A stretch of 64,000 nucleotides of DNA from Candidatus Levybacteria bacterium RIFCSPHIGHO2_02_FULL_40_18 (GCA_001782235.1 MFOC01000002.1:106912-170911); one strand, 5' to 3'; counted from the stretch's first letter, positions 38,000 through 47,881 are shown. Notes: generated by a model not told the origin, from the sequence alone. A program made the numbers and translations.

Positions 38000-40252
38000 T
38001 TAAAATAATGTATCATAAAAAACAACTCTGTGTTTTCCTTTTGGAATAAATACCCCTCGAAATGCATAGTTAGTTTTGTATATTTTAGTATTCGAACCAT
38101 CCACTTCTGCTTTCCAGCTTGGGTAAAATGTATCGCTTAACACAAGAAATCCCTCTCCGCTATTTTCAGTCTCAATCTCTACTCTATTCTCATTATAACC
38201 AGTTACTTTGGCCTCCCCTTTTGTAAGACGAACATTCTTAATTTCCTCACTTTCAACATAAGCCGTTTCATGAAGATTATCTTTAAACAAACCCTGTATT
38301 GTGGTTGTTTTATTGCCCGATCGTATTAGGCGCTCAACAAAAAAAACTCTTGGGAAAGCATTCGCATTTTCATAAATCCTGGTTTGACCCTCTTGAAATA
38401 CCTTTTGAAATTTATTTGAATTAATATCTGAGAGTGACAGTACGTACTTTACATTCAGAAGATCAATAATATTAGAATCCAAATTATGAGGAGTTATGAT
38501 TCTATTAAATCCAAAAGGCATGTGAATGCTATGATCTTCCCGTTCCGATGCTGCAATAAGCTCAGCATATGATAAAAGATATAATGGATCATATCCTTCA
38601 ATAGATTGGATCTTATAGTAGGTTGAGAAATTTGGCGGGAAGATTCTTGAGTCATTTGATGCAATTCTAAATATACTTTTATCTTTTTGTAAAAACTCTA
38701 TTGCCGAAGTTTGCGGATAATAATACTCTTGAGGCGTGAATGATGTGAACTTTCCTCCAAAGCGATAAAGGTCATAAAATGAGAGAGCAAGAAGTAAAAA
38801 GATTAATAGCGTTCTTGCCATCGTTTCTTTAACAAAAATTATTCCTAAAATAAGAAGCATACCGCCTGCTAAGATGCCGCTTGGGAATATAAGATTTCTT
38901 TTTGCCACTGCCAAATTTTCCGATGTAATACCTAAATCTATTTTTGAAAAAACAACCGCCCATGCCACAAAAAATAAAGTAATGAATATGATTCCAAGTC
39001 CGATTAGCGCCTTCCGATTTATTTTTTTATCCATGATTAAGTAATCGAAACCAAAGGCTGAAAGAACAGAAAGAGAAAATGTAATAAGCAATATTAATCT
39101 TGTTGGTTGGGCTGATGATAAAAATGGAATTGACAGATCAAAAGGAAGTTTTGCTAAGAATGTGGGAAGAGAAAAGAGAAGCGAAACAATAATTGCCCCG
39201 GTAAAAAATACAACCTCTCTTGCTCTTCTTAAGAAGATCGAACAAAATGCCAGGAATAATCCTACTATCCCAATATACCCTACAAACTCGGCATAGTTCC
39301 ATACTCCCCAATAATTAAGCGTTGCTGGATTGCCAAAAAAGTCAGGCGCAATAAACTGGACAAGGTGTTGCCAGGGAATAAACCACCCCTCAGCTGTTAG
39401 GGGATTTTGATCAGTCGAGCGAGCAGAAAGATTTATGAATTGAAGAGCGGGAATCCACTGAACCGCTGTCGCGATAGCAAATAGTAAAAAGTAAATTGTA
39501 AATAGAACTGCAGTTCGAAATTTCCTGCCGTGTTCTAACCAGCGAAAAACAAGGTAGGCAATCGAAACAATAAATACATAAAAGAATATTTGGAGATGTC
39601 CTGCGAAAAATGAAGAAACTAACGAAAACAAAAACACCAACCCCCATTTGAAATTTGAAATTTTCTGGGACATTATTTTATCTATCGAAAGAAGAATTAA
39701 GGGTAACCATAATGCTACGTGGCCAATATTTCCCCATTCAAGCCAAGCTATCGAAAAACCTCCAAAAGCAAAAGTGATTGCACCAAAAAGACATGCCCGG
39801 ACATCAAGTTTTAAATTTTTTAAAAAGGCAAATGTAAAAATGCCGCTCAATAACGGCGCAATTATTATAAAAATTGTCCATGAAATAAAGTAAGGTTTTA
39901 TAAGTAATAATAAATTGAGAGGATAGAATATTCCCGATTGAAAATTTGCCAATAAGGGCTTTCCCGCCATTTCATATGGATTCCACAAGGGAAGCGTAAG
40001 GTTTGAAAGATTATCAATTGCAAGCATTTTCCAGGGAATAATCTGGCGGACAGGATCAGTTATTAAGAAATTTTTGAACGGGACTCCTTGGGGACTTACT
40101 TTGGCATAATAATCAAGATACGGATGGTATAGCCCGACAATAGTGTCAGATGGAATTGGCAAAAGACCTTTCAAAAAAAACTGCCAAAAGAAAACGACAA
40201 CAATTAAAACTATGATGATTTGAGGCCAAAGTTTTTTAATAAATTCAATCAT
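38000..40252 (-). CDS. YfhO-family membrane protein (GT-C)
   Basis: LPLWNPY, PLLANFQS, APDFFGNP, EGYDPL, SDTFYPSWKA. Confidence 0.88.
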   Translation of the reverse strand: MIEFIKKLWPQIIIVLIVVVFFWQFFLKGLLPIPSDTIVGLYHPYLDYYAKVSPQGVPFKNFLITDPVRQIIPWKMLAIDNLSNLTLPLWNPYEMAGKPLLANFQSGIFYPLNLLLLIKPYFISWTIFIIIAPLLSGIFTFAFLKNLKLDVRACLFGAITFAFGGFSIAWLEWGNIGHVALWLPLILLSIDKIMSQKISNFKWGLVFLFSLVSSFFAGHLQIFFYVFIVSIAYLVFRWLEHGRKFRTAVLFTIYFLLFAIATAVQWIPALQFINLSARSTDQNPLTAEGWFIPWQHLVQFIAPDFFGNPATLNYWGVWNYAEFVGYIGIVGLFLAFCSIFLRRAREVVFFTGAIIVSLLFSLPTFLAKLPFDLSIPFLSSAQPTRLILLITFSLSVLSAFGFDYLIMDKKINRKALIGLGIIFITLFFVAWAVVFSKIDLGITSENLAVAKRNLIFPSGILAGGMLLILGIIFVKETMARTLLIFLLLALSFYDLYRFGGKFTSFTPQEYYYPQTSAIEFLQKDKSIFRIASNDSRIFPPNFSTYYKIQSIEGYDPLYLLSYAELIAASEREDHSIHMPFGFNRIITPHNLDSNIIDLLNVKYVLSLSDINSNKFQKVFQEGQTRIYENANAFPRVFFVERLIRSGNKTTTIQGLFKDNLHETAYVESEEIKNVRLTKGEAKVTGYNENRVEIETENSGEGFLVLSDTFYPSWKAEVDGSNTKIYKTNYAFRGVFIPKGKHRVVFYDTLF
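39473..39507. repeat. In-frame degenerate heptamer array (AATAGTA), 5 units
   Basis: gatagca aatagta aaaagta aattgta aatagaa. Confidence 0.6.
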
Positions 40253-40315
40253 GTCAGTTGTCAGCCCGCCCCGCTTCGCGGAGCGAGGCCGGGGTTGTTA
40301 GTTGTCAGTTGTCAA
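40252..40315. repeat. Heptamer array TGTCAGT (5 units) interrupted by a 30-bp GC-rich hairpin
   Basis: tgtcagt tgtcag [cccgccccgcttcgcggagcgaggccgggg] ttgttag ttgtcag ttgtcaa; supplies the stop of 40312..41382. Confidence 0.85.
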
Positions 40316-41382
40316 CTTTCAATCATCTTTTTGATCTCCTCATAAAATCTTTTTCCCTCAAAATCTCTTGCGCGTTTTACTCCTTCACCTGACATACTCT
40401 CAAAAATCTTATTTTCTCTTGCAAGTAATAAAGTTTTCTCCGCAAGTTCATTCAATGTATTCCATAAAAACCCGTTGATATTGTCTTCAACGATCTCCTT
40501 TTGTCCACCGGCATTAAATACAACGGGAACCGCTCCGCCCCCCATTGCCTCAACTGTTGAAATTCCAAAATGCTCGGCAAATTCAGGATGTTCCCCTAGG
40601 TCCTCACCAAAGCCTGATGCATGCCAGTATATTTTCGCAATCGAATACGCTTCCCAAAGCTCGTCATTGGTTTTGTTTATTAAAAATTCGATCGGGTAGT
40701 TTCTTATGCTTTTGACAAGCGCCTCGAATTCATTTTTATCCTCATCCTTAACGCTTACCGCAAGAACGAATTTCCAGTTTGGTATTTTTTTTGCCATTTT
40801 TTTAAAAGCATCTATCATAACATACTGCTTTTTATAGTCTTTCACTCCAACCGTAACATCCATCACTCTAAACCTTCCTACGTGAAGTATTATGTTCTCT
40901 TTTTTAACTTTTTTGGGGTGAAGATCAACCGGAGGATAAATAACTAAACTGTCAATTCCAAGCTGTTTATCTATGAAGCTCTTTGTAAAGTAGGAGTTAC
41001 AGAAAACTTTACTCACGCGCGACAGCTTAAGTTTATTTTTTAAGCCTCTTCCCGCACCTCTTATAGGGCGTTGAATATGCATAAATAGTTTTTTGGAAAG
41101 AGAAAAAGGAATGCTGCCGTCAGACAAAACAATTATTGCATCATAGTTTTTTGTTCCCATCAACCTTTTAAAGAAACTAACATTTGGCGAAAAAAGGTTT
41201 GCGGCAATTTTCACATTTGATAAATTGACAGAAAATCTAACTTTTGCCGTCTCAAGATCCTTTTTGTTATTCCAGAAGACTGTAACATCATTCCCCTCCG
41301 ACAAACATTCGGCCATTTTGAGCATGTATTTTTCCCCACCGCCAACATCATCCAAGTACGGATCATATATTCCAATCTTCAT
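40312..41382 (-). CDS. GT4 family glycosyltransferase
   Basis: YLDDVGGGEKY, HVGRF, EHFGISTVEAMGGG. Confidence 0.92.
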   Translation of the reverse strand: MKIGIYDPYLDDVGGGEKYMLKMAECLSEGNDVTVFWNNKKDLETAKVRFSVNLSNVKIAANLFSPNVSFFKRLMGTKNYDAIIVLSDGSIPFSLSKKLFMHIQRPIRGAGRGLKNKLKLSRVSKVFCNSYFTKSFIDKQLGIDSLVIYPPVDLHPKKVKKENIILHVGRFRVMDVTVGVKDYKKQYVMIDAFKKMAKKIPNWKFVLAVSVKDEDKNEFEALVKSIRNYPIEFLINKTNDELWEAYSIAKIYWHASGFGEDLGEHPEFAEHFGISTVEAMGGGAVPVVFNAGGQKEIVEDNINGFLWNTLNELAEKTLLLARENKIFESMSGEGVKRARDFEGKRFYEEIKKMIES

Positions 41383-41457
41383 AGAAAATGGTTATAAGAA
41401 ATTAGAAATTGGTAATAGAAATTGATTTTCCATTCTCTAACAACTAACTTCCATTTT
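41382..41457. repeat. Intergenic imperfect palindrome of TAGAAAT/ATTTCTA heptamers
   Basis: tagaaaa tggttat aagaaat tagaaat tggtaa tagaaat followed by ttttcca ttctcta acaacta acttcca; same family as 60158..60290. Confidence 0.75.
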
Positions 41458-41469
41458 AACAGCTATTGA

Positions 41470-41522
41470 CCCCGTTAGAAAGAGCTTGCGTAATTCTCTT
41501 TCTCAAATTTTCTAAAACGGGG
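41470..41522. mobile_element. REP/MITE-like element CCCCGTTAGAAA...TTTCTAAAACGGGG flanked by TTGA
   Basis: Terminal inverted repeats; ttga on both sides; same termini as the insert near 26793. Confidence 0.72.
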
Positions 41523-41557
41523 TTGATTCCTATTTAAAGCTGTGGTAGAGTAGCATT

Positions 41558-41785
41558 GTGGATCCAAATATTGTAGGCTCACCGATTTTATTGATTGTAC
41601 TCTATATATGGTCCTTAATTGCAAAGGGAATAGCATTATGGAGAGCAGCAAATTTAAAACAGCGGAATTGGTTTATCGCAATTTTAGTATTAAATACCTT
41701 AGGCGTTCTTGACCTTGTCTATTTATTTAAATTCGCCGAAAAGAAACTAACCTTCAAAGAAATCCGCTCCTGGGTCGGCAAGTAG
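41558..41785 (+). CDS. Small membrane protein (DUF5652-like)
   Basis: WSLIAKGIALWRAA...WFIAILVLNTLG; TTGATT-N17-TAGAGT promoter 6 nt before the GTG. Confidence 0.8.
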   Translation: MDPNIVGSPILLIVLYIWSLIAKGIALWRAANLKQRNWFIAILVLNTLGVLDLVYLFKFAEKKLTFKEIRSWVGK

Positions 41786-42619
41786 CTATTTTTCGGCACC
41801 CACGCCTGTCCGCTTCGCTTGCAGGCGAGCTCCCTCACTTCGTTCAATCCGCTCCCAGAGTTTTACGTAGGTTACGAACATTGAGAAGGCTTGATAAATA
41901 GACTCAATCAACCCCGCAGTGCCATTTTTGTATCCTTTTTCTGAGATATACGAACGCAAAAATCCGGTTATCATTACTCTAAAAAACCTAAAAACATTCA
42001 TTTTTGGGTGATTCGCTTTTGACCGAAGGTCTGCCTCAAACTCTGACCATTCATTAGTTTTTACCACCATTTGCTCCAAGTTTCGATGAGTGTAATGAAG
42101 AATTGATTCGCTTATTGTTTCTAAACGACCTTCGAATTCCGGCGTTTCGTGCACTACCCCATGCCACCCTTTTAATTTATCTTTACGAAATACACGTTCA
42201 ACCTTATCAGTAAATCCCCAATCTTTACCTAAATAAAAGGTCTTTCTCCTAATCCGGAAGCCCCCAATATCTTTATCCTGAGCGGACTTGTCCTGAGCTC
42301 TGTCGAAGGAGTCGAAGAGCCCAACCGCCCTAATTCGATTCTTTACTTCCGAAATAAACGCTGGTGTCGCTCTTTCATCCGAATCAATGTAAAAAACCCA
42401 ATCGCCTTTGGCCAAAGACAAAGCTAAGTTTCTTTGATCTGAAAAATTCTTAAAGGGATTTCTTACAACCTTTGCTCCTAGTTTTTCCGAGATTTCAACC
42501 GTGTTATCTTCCGAACCTCCGTCAACAACTATGATCTCATCCGCCAAATCCTTGACAGACTTTATACAATCTCCGATTACATCCCCATCATTTTTAGTAA
42601 TTATCAAAACCGAAATCAT
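41786..42619 (-). CDS. GT2 glycosyltransferase (beta-1,4-glucosyltransferase-like)
   Basis: DGGSEDNT, FSDQRN, WVFYIDSDE, VHETP. Confidence 0.9.
   Translation of the reverse strand: MISVLIITKNDGDVIGDCIKSVKDLADEIIVVDGGSEDNTVEISEKLGAKVVRNPFKNFSDQRNLALSLAKGDWVFYIDSDERATPAFISEVKNRIRAVGLFDSFDRAQDKSAQDKDIGGFRIRRKTFYLGKDWGFTDKVERVFRKDKLKGWHGVVHETPEFEGRLETISESILHYTHRNLEQMVVKTNEWSEFEADLRSKANHPKMNVFRFFRVMITGFLRSYISEKGYKNGTAGLIESIYQAFSMFVTYVKLWERIERSEGARLQAKRTGVGAEK
42272..42319. mobile_element. Nested pair of CCTGAGC...GTCGAAG REP-like elements, in frame
   Basis: tttatcctgagcgga[cttgtcctgagctctgtcgaagga]gtcgaagag; encodes LFDSFDRAQDKSAQDK; an intact free copy lies at 47882. Confidence 0.8.
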
Positions 42620-42622
42620 AAT

Positions 42623-44944
42623 TTATCTTTTCCTTAAATATAATATCATTCCCCCAATCCCTAACAGCCCCAACAGCCCTAATGCCGTACCTATTCTAAA
42701 ACTATCCGGCTCATAAGTAAACCTAACCAGATGTCTTCCGACAGGAACCACAATCCCGCGAAATGCGTAGTTGGTTCGATAGATATTAGTCGGCGAACCA
42801 TCCACAAACGCTTTCCACCCGGGATAAAAAGGGTCGCTTAAAACCAATAGCGCTGCGCCGCTTGAGGAGGCTTCAATTATTATCTCGTTTGGTTTATAAC
42901 TCTTGATAGCCGTCTCTCCGCGGACCTCACTTGAAATTTCCTGATCAATATTCTCTTCAAGAAACGCCTCTTCTTTTAAATTCGAATCATTATCAAACAT
43001 CATGCTCAAAAGCTTTTGGCTTGAGCTTTCAACTCTATACTTCCCTACCACAAAGGAACGCGGAAACACTTTTTGGTTCTGATAGACCTCATATGACGCA
43101 TCTTTATAAACGGGCGTAAAGTAATCAACGGGATATTCCCAAAACGGATATGCCCAAGCATATCTCCCGTCGGCAATCTTATGAATTATGTATTTTACTC
43201 CCAGGAAATTCAGAATGTTTTGCGTATTGTCTCCTCTTTTGGGAAAAACAACGCCGGACCGCTGAGCTTTATGAAACTTCCCATCAGATGCTGTGGCAAT
43301 AAATTCTCCATATCGGGAAATATACAAGGGATCATAACCTTCAATATATGAGGCTTTATAAGTATTTGCAACTTCCGCGCCAAAATTTCCAAAGATTCTG
43401 TCATAGGGTTTAATCGTTGACAAGAACTTAGAAATAGGAAGCTCAGGATAAACAAATTTACGAGGCTCAAATGGCTGCCATTTTATTGCAAATCTTAGAA
43501 GATCAAAAGCTACTATCAAAATTAAGAAGATTGGTAAGGCGCTGATGAATTTTTTATTTCGAACAAAAATCGCCGATACGGCTATAGCTATCATCGATCC
43601 AAAGATCAAAGTGGGAAGTCTTAAGTTTGAGAAGGAGATCCTAACTTTGTCTTCCGGAATAAATAACTTTAATAAAACTATTCCCCAAAGAAGTACAAAG
43701 ATTGCTCCAAAAATCAAAAACAAAACTACGAGAGGCTTAAAATTTCTTTTTTTAATATCTTCGATTATTTTTTCGAACCCAAACCCCGATAGCACCGCAA
43801 AACAAAAACTTGTGATAACTATTATTCTTGATGCTGCGCTTGTTGAAAGTACCGGAACTTTGAGGTTAATCAAAAGATCCAACAAGGGACCTCTGAACGC
43901 AAGGAGGATCGAAATTATTGCTACCGAAAAAAAGAAAAGAATTATTCCTCGAGATTTCTTCTGTGTCAGCGCGTAGAAACCGAGAATTAAAGGAATTAAT
44001 CCGATATATCCATTCCACTCCGCATAATGCCCGAGCCAATTATTGCGGGTCACGGGATTTCCATAAAAATCCGGCGCAATAAGCGTTGGTAGATAAGACC
44101 AGGGAATTATTTCGACTGCAGAAAATATTTCGCTCCGAACAGAATTTAAATATAATTCGATCGAAGGAAGAATTTGGGGACTCGATATCAAAAGCCCAAA
44201 TATTATCGATGAAAGATTTAAGATGTAAGATTTAAGATTTTTTGTAACTACTAATTTGAACGTCGTGTAGAAAAAAATGAACAATAGAAAGTAGAGGCTG
44301 GTTTGGAAGTGGCCGCTGAAAAAGGACAAAGGGATTGTAGCTGATAATAAAAGGGCATATTGCCATTTTTTTGTTTCGAAAAATTTTTCCACGGCAAAAA
44401 GTGATAAAGGCAGGAATAAAATAGCGTATCCCAACGTCTGATAGCTCATCCATGTTGTTATGAATCCTGCGAACATGAAGGCAATGGATGAGACTATTGC
44501 TCCGAATTCGCTCAGTTTTAATGTTCGAATATATAAGTACGTAAACAGTCCTGCCAAAAGAGATTGAAGCAAAACCGCAATGCTCCACGCGTCAATAAAA
44601 GGAAGAATGAGATACAAAAGATTTAGCGGCGAAAGTGCGGCCGACTGATAATTGGCAAGAAGTGGAGTTCCGGAGAAACTATAGGGATTCCACAAAGGGA
44701 TTGAACCTTGTTTCCAAAAATCAATGACAAGATTTTTCCAGGGGTAGATTTGGGTAATTACATCAGGAGTTGCGCCATTTTTGTAGGGTCCTGCAAAATC
44801 GGGCACTGCGTTCCAAGGCGCAAAAAAATTCACAAGATACCCTGACGGAAAAGGAACCTTGCCGAAAATAAAATAAGGGTGGGCAAAAACTAACCAAACC
44901 CCAACAATAAAAATTATCGGCCAATACTTCAAAGCTAGTTTCAT
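42623..44944 (-). CDS. YfhO-family membrane protein (GT-C)
   Basis: IPLWNPYSFSGTPLLANYQS, APDFYGNP, EGYDPL, SDPFYPGWKA. Confidence 0.88.
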   Translation of the reverse strand: MKLALKYWPIIFIVGVWLVFAHPYFIFGKVPFPSGYLVNFFAPWNAVPDFAGPYKNGATPDVITQIYPWKNLVIDFWKQGSIPLWNPYSFSGTPLLANYQSAALSPLNLLYLILPFIDAWSIAVLLQSLLAGLFTYLYIRTLKLSEFGAIVSSIAFMFAGFITTWMSYQTLGYAILFLPLSLFAVEKFFETKKWQYALLLSATIPLSFFSGHFQTSLYFLLFIFFYTTFKLVVTKNLKSYILNLSSIIFGLLISSPQILPSIELYLNSVRSEIFSAVEIIPWSYLPTLIAPDFYGNPVTRNNWLGHYAEWNGYIGLIPLILGFYALTQKKSRGIILFFFSVAIISILLAFRGPLLDLLINLKVPVLSTSAASRIIVITSFCFAVLSGFGFEKIIEDIKKRNFKPLVVLFLIFGAIFVLLWGIVLLKLFIPEDKVRISFSNLRLPTLIFGSMIAIAVSAIFVRNKKFISALPIFLILIVAFDLLRFAIKWQPFEPRKFVYPELPISKFLSTIKPYDRIFGNFGAEVANTYKASYIEGYDPLYISRYGEFIATASDGKFHKAQRSGVVFPKRGDNTQNILNFLGVKYIIHKIADGRYAWAYPFWEYPVDYFTPVYKDASYEVYQNQKVFPRSFVVGKYRVESSSQKLLSMMFDNDSNLKEEAFLEENIDQEISSEVRGETAIKSYKPNEIIIEASSSGAALLVLSDPFYPGWKAFVDGSPTNIYRTNYAFRGIVVPVGRHLVRFTYEPDSFRIGTALGLLGLLGIGGMILYLRKR
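44213..44240. repeat. In-frame heptamer array AAGATTT, 4 units
   Basis: aagattt aagatgt aagattt aagattt, encoding NLKSYILNL. Confidence 0.8.
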
Positions 44945-46626
44945 TTTTGGGACAATTTATATGTTTTAAACAAGGTTCCAATCACCAGCACGAATGACGC
45001 TAATGAAATATAATTCGCGACTGTTCTTGTCCTTGTTTCATGAAACTCTACATCTATAATATGTTTTCCTCCCGGCACATAGAAAGTCATGAGCCCCCTG
45101 TGGAGAGGATCCTGAAACTGAACACCGTCATACCTTTCTCCATCAATATATACCCTCCAGCCGGGAAAATACAATGTATTTTCCCTGATTCGGCTTTTGT
45201 ATGTTGATTCAATCTCATATCTACGGCGTGTTGAAGTTCGGAAGACCTCCCGAATCGTGGCCTCTCCTCTAATTACCTCCGCATGCGCCCCGGCTCGCTT
45301 TTCCATGAACCGAACAGACCAAATGGGCGAGCTTTCTCCAGTATCTGTTGTGCTGTTATAAATACCCGTATAAAAAGATTCGGGCTTTTGAAGATAATCT
45401 TTTGCCTTCCAATAATCGCGAGTTAGGACAAATGTCGATACTAAAACCACAACCAAAATCGCTTTTCGAATATCCTCGTTTTTAAAGAGATGAACGAACA
45501 ATCCTCCCAAAATTGCTGCTGTAAAAACAGAAACAGACAAAAATCTCCAGGGAAACTGGAATTTTTGAAGAGTAGTAATTGTCCTCCAGATAAAATCTGA
45601 TTCTTTCAGCATTAAGAAGAGCGAAGCTATGAAAATTATAAAAACAATCAAATAAAACGCAAGTAATTTTCTGTCTTTTCGAAATAAACTTGGAGCCAAT
45701 AGCAAAGAGCCAAGAGCCAACAGCCACTGCATAATTCCCACCTGAACGGTAAACTGTCCGCTTATCCCATAACTCCATGGACCATAGAACAATTGGTCAA
45801 GACGAACAAACCGAGAAAAATATTCGGTGCTCGCAACAATATCCCTTAGTGTATACTTACCCTCCGCAAATGCAGGGTACAGAAAGAAGAATGACATTCC
45901 CAAACCCAAACTAGCTAATAGCAAATAGCTAATAGCTAATAGCCTTTTATTTTTTGAATTAAAAACGAGATATATCGCGTAAATAATAACAAATGGTAGA
46001 AACATTAGAAGGAGTGCGTTATGAGAAAGGATTAGCCCGGCAAGAGAAAGAGAAGTTCCTGCAAAGTAAAATCGATTCAAAACACCCCCGAGGTGAGTGT
46101 TTTTGCTCCTCGGGGGTGGGGCCTGTGAAAGTTTCAAAAGAAAGTAACAGATCAGGGGTGGAAAAATGAATGCTACATGTTCGCCGATTGCTCCCCTCAC
46201 ATAAAGATCGACAAATCTATAGGGTGCAAAATTATAAAGAATCGCGCCAGTCATTGCAGGTATTTCACCTAAAAACTCTCGAAGCCATAAATACATAGCA
46301 ACTCCGCTTGCGATAAAGGCAAGAGCGAACACAAGCTTTGTCGAATCAACAAGTGAAAATCCTAAGAAATGAAATAAGGAAGCAGCGTAAGAAGGCAAAG
46401 GGTAGAGAAACATCAAGATCGGATGACCGTATCCCCAGTTAAGATTCGCAGCCCACCTTGGAATAAGATTCCCCTCCGAAAGATTCTGGTAGAAATTAGC
46501 GATTCTTGCAACATGATCCTGCCCATCATGCGTCAGGGGTAATCCCGAATGCATTAGGGCGGTTAGGGGTATTAGGGAAATCAGAAAAACGAAAATAAAA
46601 CCCCACCATTTTTGATAAATCCTCAT
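44941..46626 (-). CDS. GT-C membrane protein, PTPS-related family
   Basis: THDGQDHVAR, PRWAANLNWGYG, PYRFVDLYVRG, FQFPWR, YFPGW. Confidence 0.82.
   Translation of the reverse strand: MRIYQKWWGFIFVFLISLIPLTALMHSGLPLTHDGQDHVARIANFYQNLSEGNLIPRWAANLNWGYGHPILMFLYPLPSYAASLFHFLGFSLVDSTKLVFALAFIASGVAMYLWLREFLGEIPAMTGAILYNFAPYRFVDLYVRGAIGEHVAFIFPPLICYFLLKLSQAPPPRSKNTHLGGVLNRFYFAGTSLSLAGLILSHNALLLMFLPFVIIYAIYLVFNSKNKRLLAISYLLLASLGLGMSFFFLYPAFAEGKYTLRDIVASTEYFSRFVRLDQLFYGPWSYGISGQFTVQVGIMQWLLALGSLLLAPSLFRKDRKLLAFYLIVFIIFIASLFLMLKESDFIWRTITTLQKFQFPWRFLSVSVFTAAILGGLFVHLFKNEDIRKAILVVVLVSTFVLTRDYWKAKDYLQKPESFYTGIYNSTTDTGESSPIWSVRFMEKRAGAHAEVIRGEATIREVFRTSTRRRYEIESTYKSRIRENTLYFPGWRVYIDGERYDGVQFQDPLHRGLMTFYVPGGKHIIDVEFHETRTRTVANYISLASFVLVIGTLFKTYKLSQK
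45692..45726. repeat. In-frame heptamer array (AGAGCCA), 5 units
   Basis: ggagcca atagcaa agagcca agagcca acagcca, encoding WLLALGSLLLA. Confidence 0.75.
45910..45944. repeat. In-frame heptamer array (AATAGCT), 5 units
   Basis: actagct aatagca aatagct aatagct aatagcc, encoding RLLAISYLLLAS. Confidence 0.85.
46083..46118. repeat. REP-like inverted repeat CACCCCCGAGG...CCTCGGGGGTG, in frame
   Basis: Perfect 11-bp inverted repeat with a 14-nt loop; encodes PPRSKNTHLGGV, which is absent from the paralogs. Confidence 0.8.
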
Positions 46627-46644
46627 ATCTAAAATTATACACCG

Positions 46645-47187
46645 CTATTTTTGTCTATTGTAGAGGCCGATGAGTTGGGTATGGGCGAGGATATGGTCTC
46701 CCATTGCGCGCTCAAGCTCCCCTTTTGTGGCTGATTTGTCAAGAGAAAGCTCTGTATCAAGTGCGTAAAGTTTGAAAAAGTAGCGATGTTCCCGGTCCGG
46801 CGGACACGGACCTCCGTATCCCGGCTTCCCAAAACTTGTATGCCCCTCAACTGCCCCTTCAAATTTGCTATTCTCGTCAACGCCTTCTGTTTTTGGATCA
46901 ATATTCCAAACCGTCCAATGAACCCATGTTCCTGCCGGTGCGTCCGGATCATCCATAACGAGCGCCAAGCTTTTTGCATCTGACGGAATATCTGAAAAGC
47001 TAAGCGGCGGATTAATATTTTCCCCATCGCAGGTGTATTTGACAGGAATTGTTTCATTATTGTTAAACGCGGAGCTCTGAATTTTCATAACTTGCTTAAT
47101 TTCACTACCTGGCTTTCGACCTGATAATATCACAGACCCGGCAATCGCGACAACCGCCAAAACTATAACGACAGAAAGCTTCTTCAC
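46645..47187 (-). CDS. YbhB/YbcL (PEBP, Raf-kinase-inhibitor-like) protein with N-terminal anchor
   Basis: YTCDGENINPPL, DDPDAP, WVHW, GYGGPCPP, HRYFFKLYALD; GTG start 6 nt after TATAAT. Confidence 0.92.
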   Translation of the reverse strand: MKKLSVVIVLAVVAIAGSVILSGRKPGSEIKQVMKIQSSAFNNNETIPVKYTCDGENINPPLSFSDIPSDAKSLALVMDDPDAPAGTWVHWTVWNIDPKTEGVDENSKFEGAVEGHTSFGKPGYGGPCPPDREHRYFFKLYALDTELSLDKSATKGELERAMGDHILAHTQLIGLYNRQK

Positions 47188-47194
47188 CCCACTA

Positions 47195-47830
47195 TTATAT
47201 ACTAACAACGCACTTCCACTCTGCCTCATTGGTATTTGCCTGGTTCAAATACACGCCTGTCTCCCAATCTAATAACCCCTCTACCTCACGGCGCAAACGA
47301 AGAGTAAATTCGTCTGGATGTTGTAAGGCGTTCCAGCCCATAAAACTTTCTGCCACAATAGAGTGAAAACGTCTTCCTGGCAATACGTTTTCTACCATTC
47401 TCATAATTCTTACAAGATGATAGGAATTTGTTAATAAACCTGCCCTTCCACCAAGATTAAAATTCGCCTTTTTAATCGCTCGCAGGTTGCCCAATGTGTC
47501 GGGATCAGATTCTACTCTGATTATTTTAGGCTGTTCGTTTAATCCCGTCTCTTGCATTTCTTGGAGTAGATAATCTCTCATGCCATCGACCTTGGGCTTG
47601 CTACCTCCAACAACAATAACAACCTTCGTCTGTGAGCAAAGTCGAGCAGCAGCTTGCATTCTAACCTCTCCGCCCACATATATATTTCCTTCACCTTTGC
47701 TATCATTTCCTATATCAAAATAAGAATAGCGTCCGTCCACGATTATTGGATCACTCGGACAAAAAACCGTAACTGTGCTATAAGGTCTCCTCTCCACCTC
47801 TACCCCTCTTGGGTTAGTTTCCGTGGTCAT
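47195..47830 (-). CDS. YdcF/DUF218-like protein
   Basis: VRMQAAARL, IVVGG, DTLGNL, LLTNSYHLVR. Confidence 0.62.
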   Translation of the reverse strand: MTTETNPRGVEVERRPYSTVTVFCPSDPIIVDGRYSYFDIGNDSKGEGNIYVGGEVRMQAAARLCSQTKVVIVVGGSKPKVDGMRDYLLQEMQETGLNEQPKIIRVESDPDTLGNLRAIKKANFNLGGRAGLLTNSYHLVRIMRMVENVLPGRRFHSIVAESFMGWNALQHPDEFTLRLRREVEGLLDWETGVYLNQANTNEAEWKCVVSI

Positions 47831-47881
47831 ATTGCAGAATTATAGATTATTACGAATGCAAAATAAAACCCTGATGTCCTT

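Noticed and set aside
41761-41855. 10-bp direct repeat aatccgctcc across convergent gene ends
   Set aside because: Too short to distinguish from chance and has no clear element boundaries.
42659-42685. Nonamer repeat ccctaacag
   Set aside because: A period of 9 is adequately explained by Leu-Gly-Leu codons in a TM helix; too short to separate from coding constraint.
46635-47057. 140-aa alternative-frame ORF and other short shadow ORFs in the track
   Set aside because: They overlap well-supported genes and show no motifs.
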